Shown: positions 27,049 through 28,407 of the stretch, piece by piece
How the letters are laid out: every line of letters begins with the position of its first letter
How positions within the stretch are numbered: position 1 is the stretch's first letter
DNA from: a virus
Taxonomy: Duplodnaviria > Heunggongvirae > Uroviricota > Caudoviricetes
IMG/VR virus record: IMGVR_UViG_2778260996_000020
Span: 1-28,407 of that record
Length of the DNA: 28,407 nucleotides
Reading direction: 5' to 3' (one strand)
Position numbers and translations under genes: made by a program
The notes under the pieces: generated by a model
Databases searched by the model: none
Told to the model about the DNA's origin: nothing
What the model saw: the letters and a program-made list of their open reading frames with translations, nothing else

Positions 27049-27150
27049 TTAATGATACTTGAAAGCGTTACACAAAGTAGAAATGCCAATATGTGCCAGT
27101 GAATATACGATAGTTAATCCTACAGCCAGATAAATCAAAAATTCAACCAT
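27049..27150 (-). CDS. Small hydrophobic peptide, 33 aa (not in ORF track)
   Basis: Hand-translated: MVEFLIYLAVGLTIVYSLAHIGIFYFVNAFKYH. GAGGA SD 8 nt upstream. Single predicted TM helix. Sits directly after a hairpin terminator. Confidence 0.3.
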   Translation of the reverse strand: MVEFLIYLAVGLTIVYSLAHIGISTLCNAFKYH

Positions 27151-27170
27151 AGGTAAATCCTCAAATAAGA

Positions 27171-27199
27171 AAAAGGTTAGCGGGGGATGTTCTCCCCCG
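27171..27199 (-). terminator. Weak terminator downstream of Nu1-like gene
   Basis: 7 bp GC stem (CGGGGGA/UCCCCCG) followed, after CUAACC, by UUUUUCUUAUUU on the minus strand. Confidence 0.4.
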
Positions 27200-27250
27200 T
27201 AGACGTTGACCAGCTCAACATCCTTCACGTATATATTTAGTATCTAATTT

Positions 27251-27802
27251 TTAAGACACATCAAATTCATCGTCTTCTTCTGGTTCTTGTTCCGGTTCAT
27301 CCATTAATGGTAATTCTTCTTCCTCGTCTTCTCCCAAATCTGCATTTTCGAACAAGTCCCCTACTTCATTTAAACGACGCTCGATAATCTCTCTTAGCTT
27401 ATTCTTCAATGTTTTCTGGTCATTGGCAGATTCGAGAATTTCTAGGGCATCGATTGTGGCGATCTGCAAAATAGTCTGCTTCACTTTCCCGCAATATTCC
27501 GCTAGCTCCTGCTCCACATACCCGACGGGAATCAGGAGATTCATCGCTTCCTGGTTCTCTCGTTCGGCTGCATCTGCTAATGCTCTCTCACGGCGTAATT
27601 TCTCTACGTCGATTTGTTCCTTGACAGTAGTTTCTTTAAGCGGGTTGATGATATTTTTCAAGACCCATTCTGTTCCTTCTTTGGCTGGCACGCGGCGGGT
27701 ATTGGTATTAAATGGCATTCCTCGTTCTTGCCATTTCTTAGCGGCGTTAATTGTATAGCCGTATAAACGGGAAATTTCTGTAAGGGTTAATTCTTCTTTC
27801 AT
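27251..27802 (-). CDS. Nu1-like DNA-binding protein (candidate terminase small subunit), ~183 aa
   Basis: Start placed at second ATG (27802), which has a GGAGGA SD. N-terminal LTEISRLYGYTINAAKKWQERGMPF resembles the winged-HTH of lambda Nu1 (IRTIQNWQEQGMPV). Followed by EKLRRE coiled coil and acidic C-terminus. Confidence 0.5.
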   Translation of the reverse strand: MKEELTLTEISRLYGYTINAAKKWQERGMPFNTNTRRVPAKEGTEWVLKNIINPLKETTVKEQIDVEKLRRERALADAAERENQEAMNLLIPVGYVEQELAEYCGKVKQTILQIATIDALEILESANDQKTLKNKLREIIERRLNEVGDLFENADLGEDEEEELPLMDEPEQEPEEDDEFDVS

Positions 27803-28101
27803 CCGGTTATCCTCCATTAAATTTGCGTAAAATTATTTATCTGATCTGCGCATTCAGGAGAGCGCCTAAAACGCTTTATAACGAAGGGAAAGATCGAGGC
27901 ATGGAAAGGGATTGGCGGGTGTTAATAGTCGCGTAGCGACCGCGCTGGTGGGCTGCACTGCACCTGTTTTGAAATCTCACACGTACATCAAAAACCGGGG
28001 TGCCGAAAACTCCCTTTATTTCACCCGTGGAACAGTACCTTTTGATTTGGTCAAGTCTTTTTTATAAATAATCGAAAATATTTTTCACGCGAGGGCAAAT
28101 C

Positions 28102-28407
28102 ATGAAGACTAAAGATATTAAGATTGAATTTGAAACTGTTGATGACGTTCGGGAACATCGCATTGATTCTACTGGCTGCATCTTCCAGCTTACTAACTCC
28201 CCTATTGGATTGATTATCTATGTAGCAGAAGATGACGTGTACGCTATATGGGATGGACAGGATGAGTTTAAAGGCGGGAATAGCCATCTGATCAATACTC
28301 ATGAGGGATTTGATCCGACTCCTGTCTGTATGCTTGCTTATCACGTAACACTGGATGAACTACCGGAAGCAAGCGCGCGTATCCGTAGAATGAAAGACAT
28401 TAAGTGA
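28102..28407 (+). CDS. Hypothetical protein, 101 aa
   Basis: Complete ORF with GAGGG SD. Stop is the last codon of the window. Confidence 0.45.
   Translation: MKTKDIKIEFETVDDVREHRIDSTGCIFQLTNSPIGLIIYVAEDDVYAIWDGQDEFKGGNSHLINTHEGFDPTPVCMLAYHVTLDELPEASARIRRMKDIK

Overview
The window reads as a tailed-phage (siphovirus-type, lambda-like morphogenesis) genome segment. All calls are from reading the sequence and ORF track by eye; no database search or structure prediction was run, so product names are motif-based inferences. (1) Positions 1-20817 are a single minus-strand late operon: large terminase (GpA-like), lambda-family portal, a fused prohead protease-scaffold-major capsid gene, small connector candidates, a long fiber with a C-terminal S74-type intramolecular chaperone domain, three tandem paralogous ~100 aa genes, major tail tube protein, G/T-type chaperone pair, tape measure, three minor tail genes and a J-like FN3 tip protein. 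Genes are tightly packed with TAATG stop/start overlaps and hairpin terminators after the capsid and tail tube genes. (2) Positions 20818-28407 are an accessory/regulatory region with genes on both strands: a Rha-family regulator, two paralogous small HTH proteins, a Nu1-like DNA-binding protein, a codon-optimised acidic protein, two small hydrophobic ORFs absent from the ORF track, and a 1.26 kb non-coding stretch (23701-24964) holding a 46 bp perfect palindrome, about eight GTGTAGGTTT iterons and near-consensus sigma70 promoters. The best candidates for something undescribed are the iteron/palindrome locus with its HTH-gene operons, the FDIPNGW paralog triplet beside the head-proximal fiber, and the capsid fusion with its in-frame post-stop extension.
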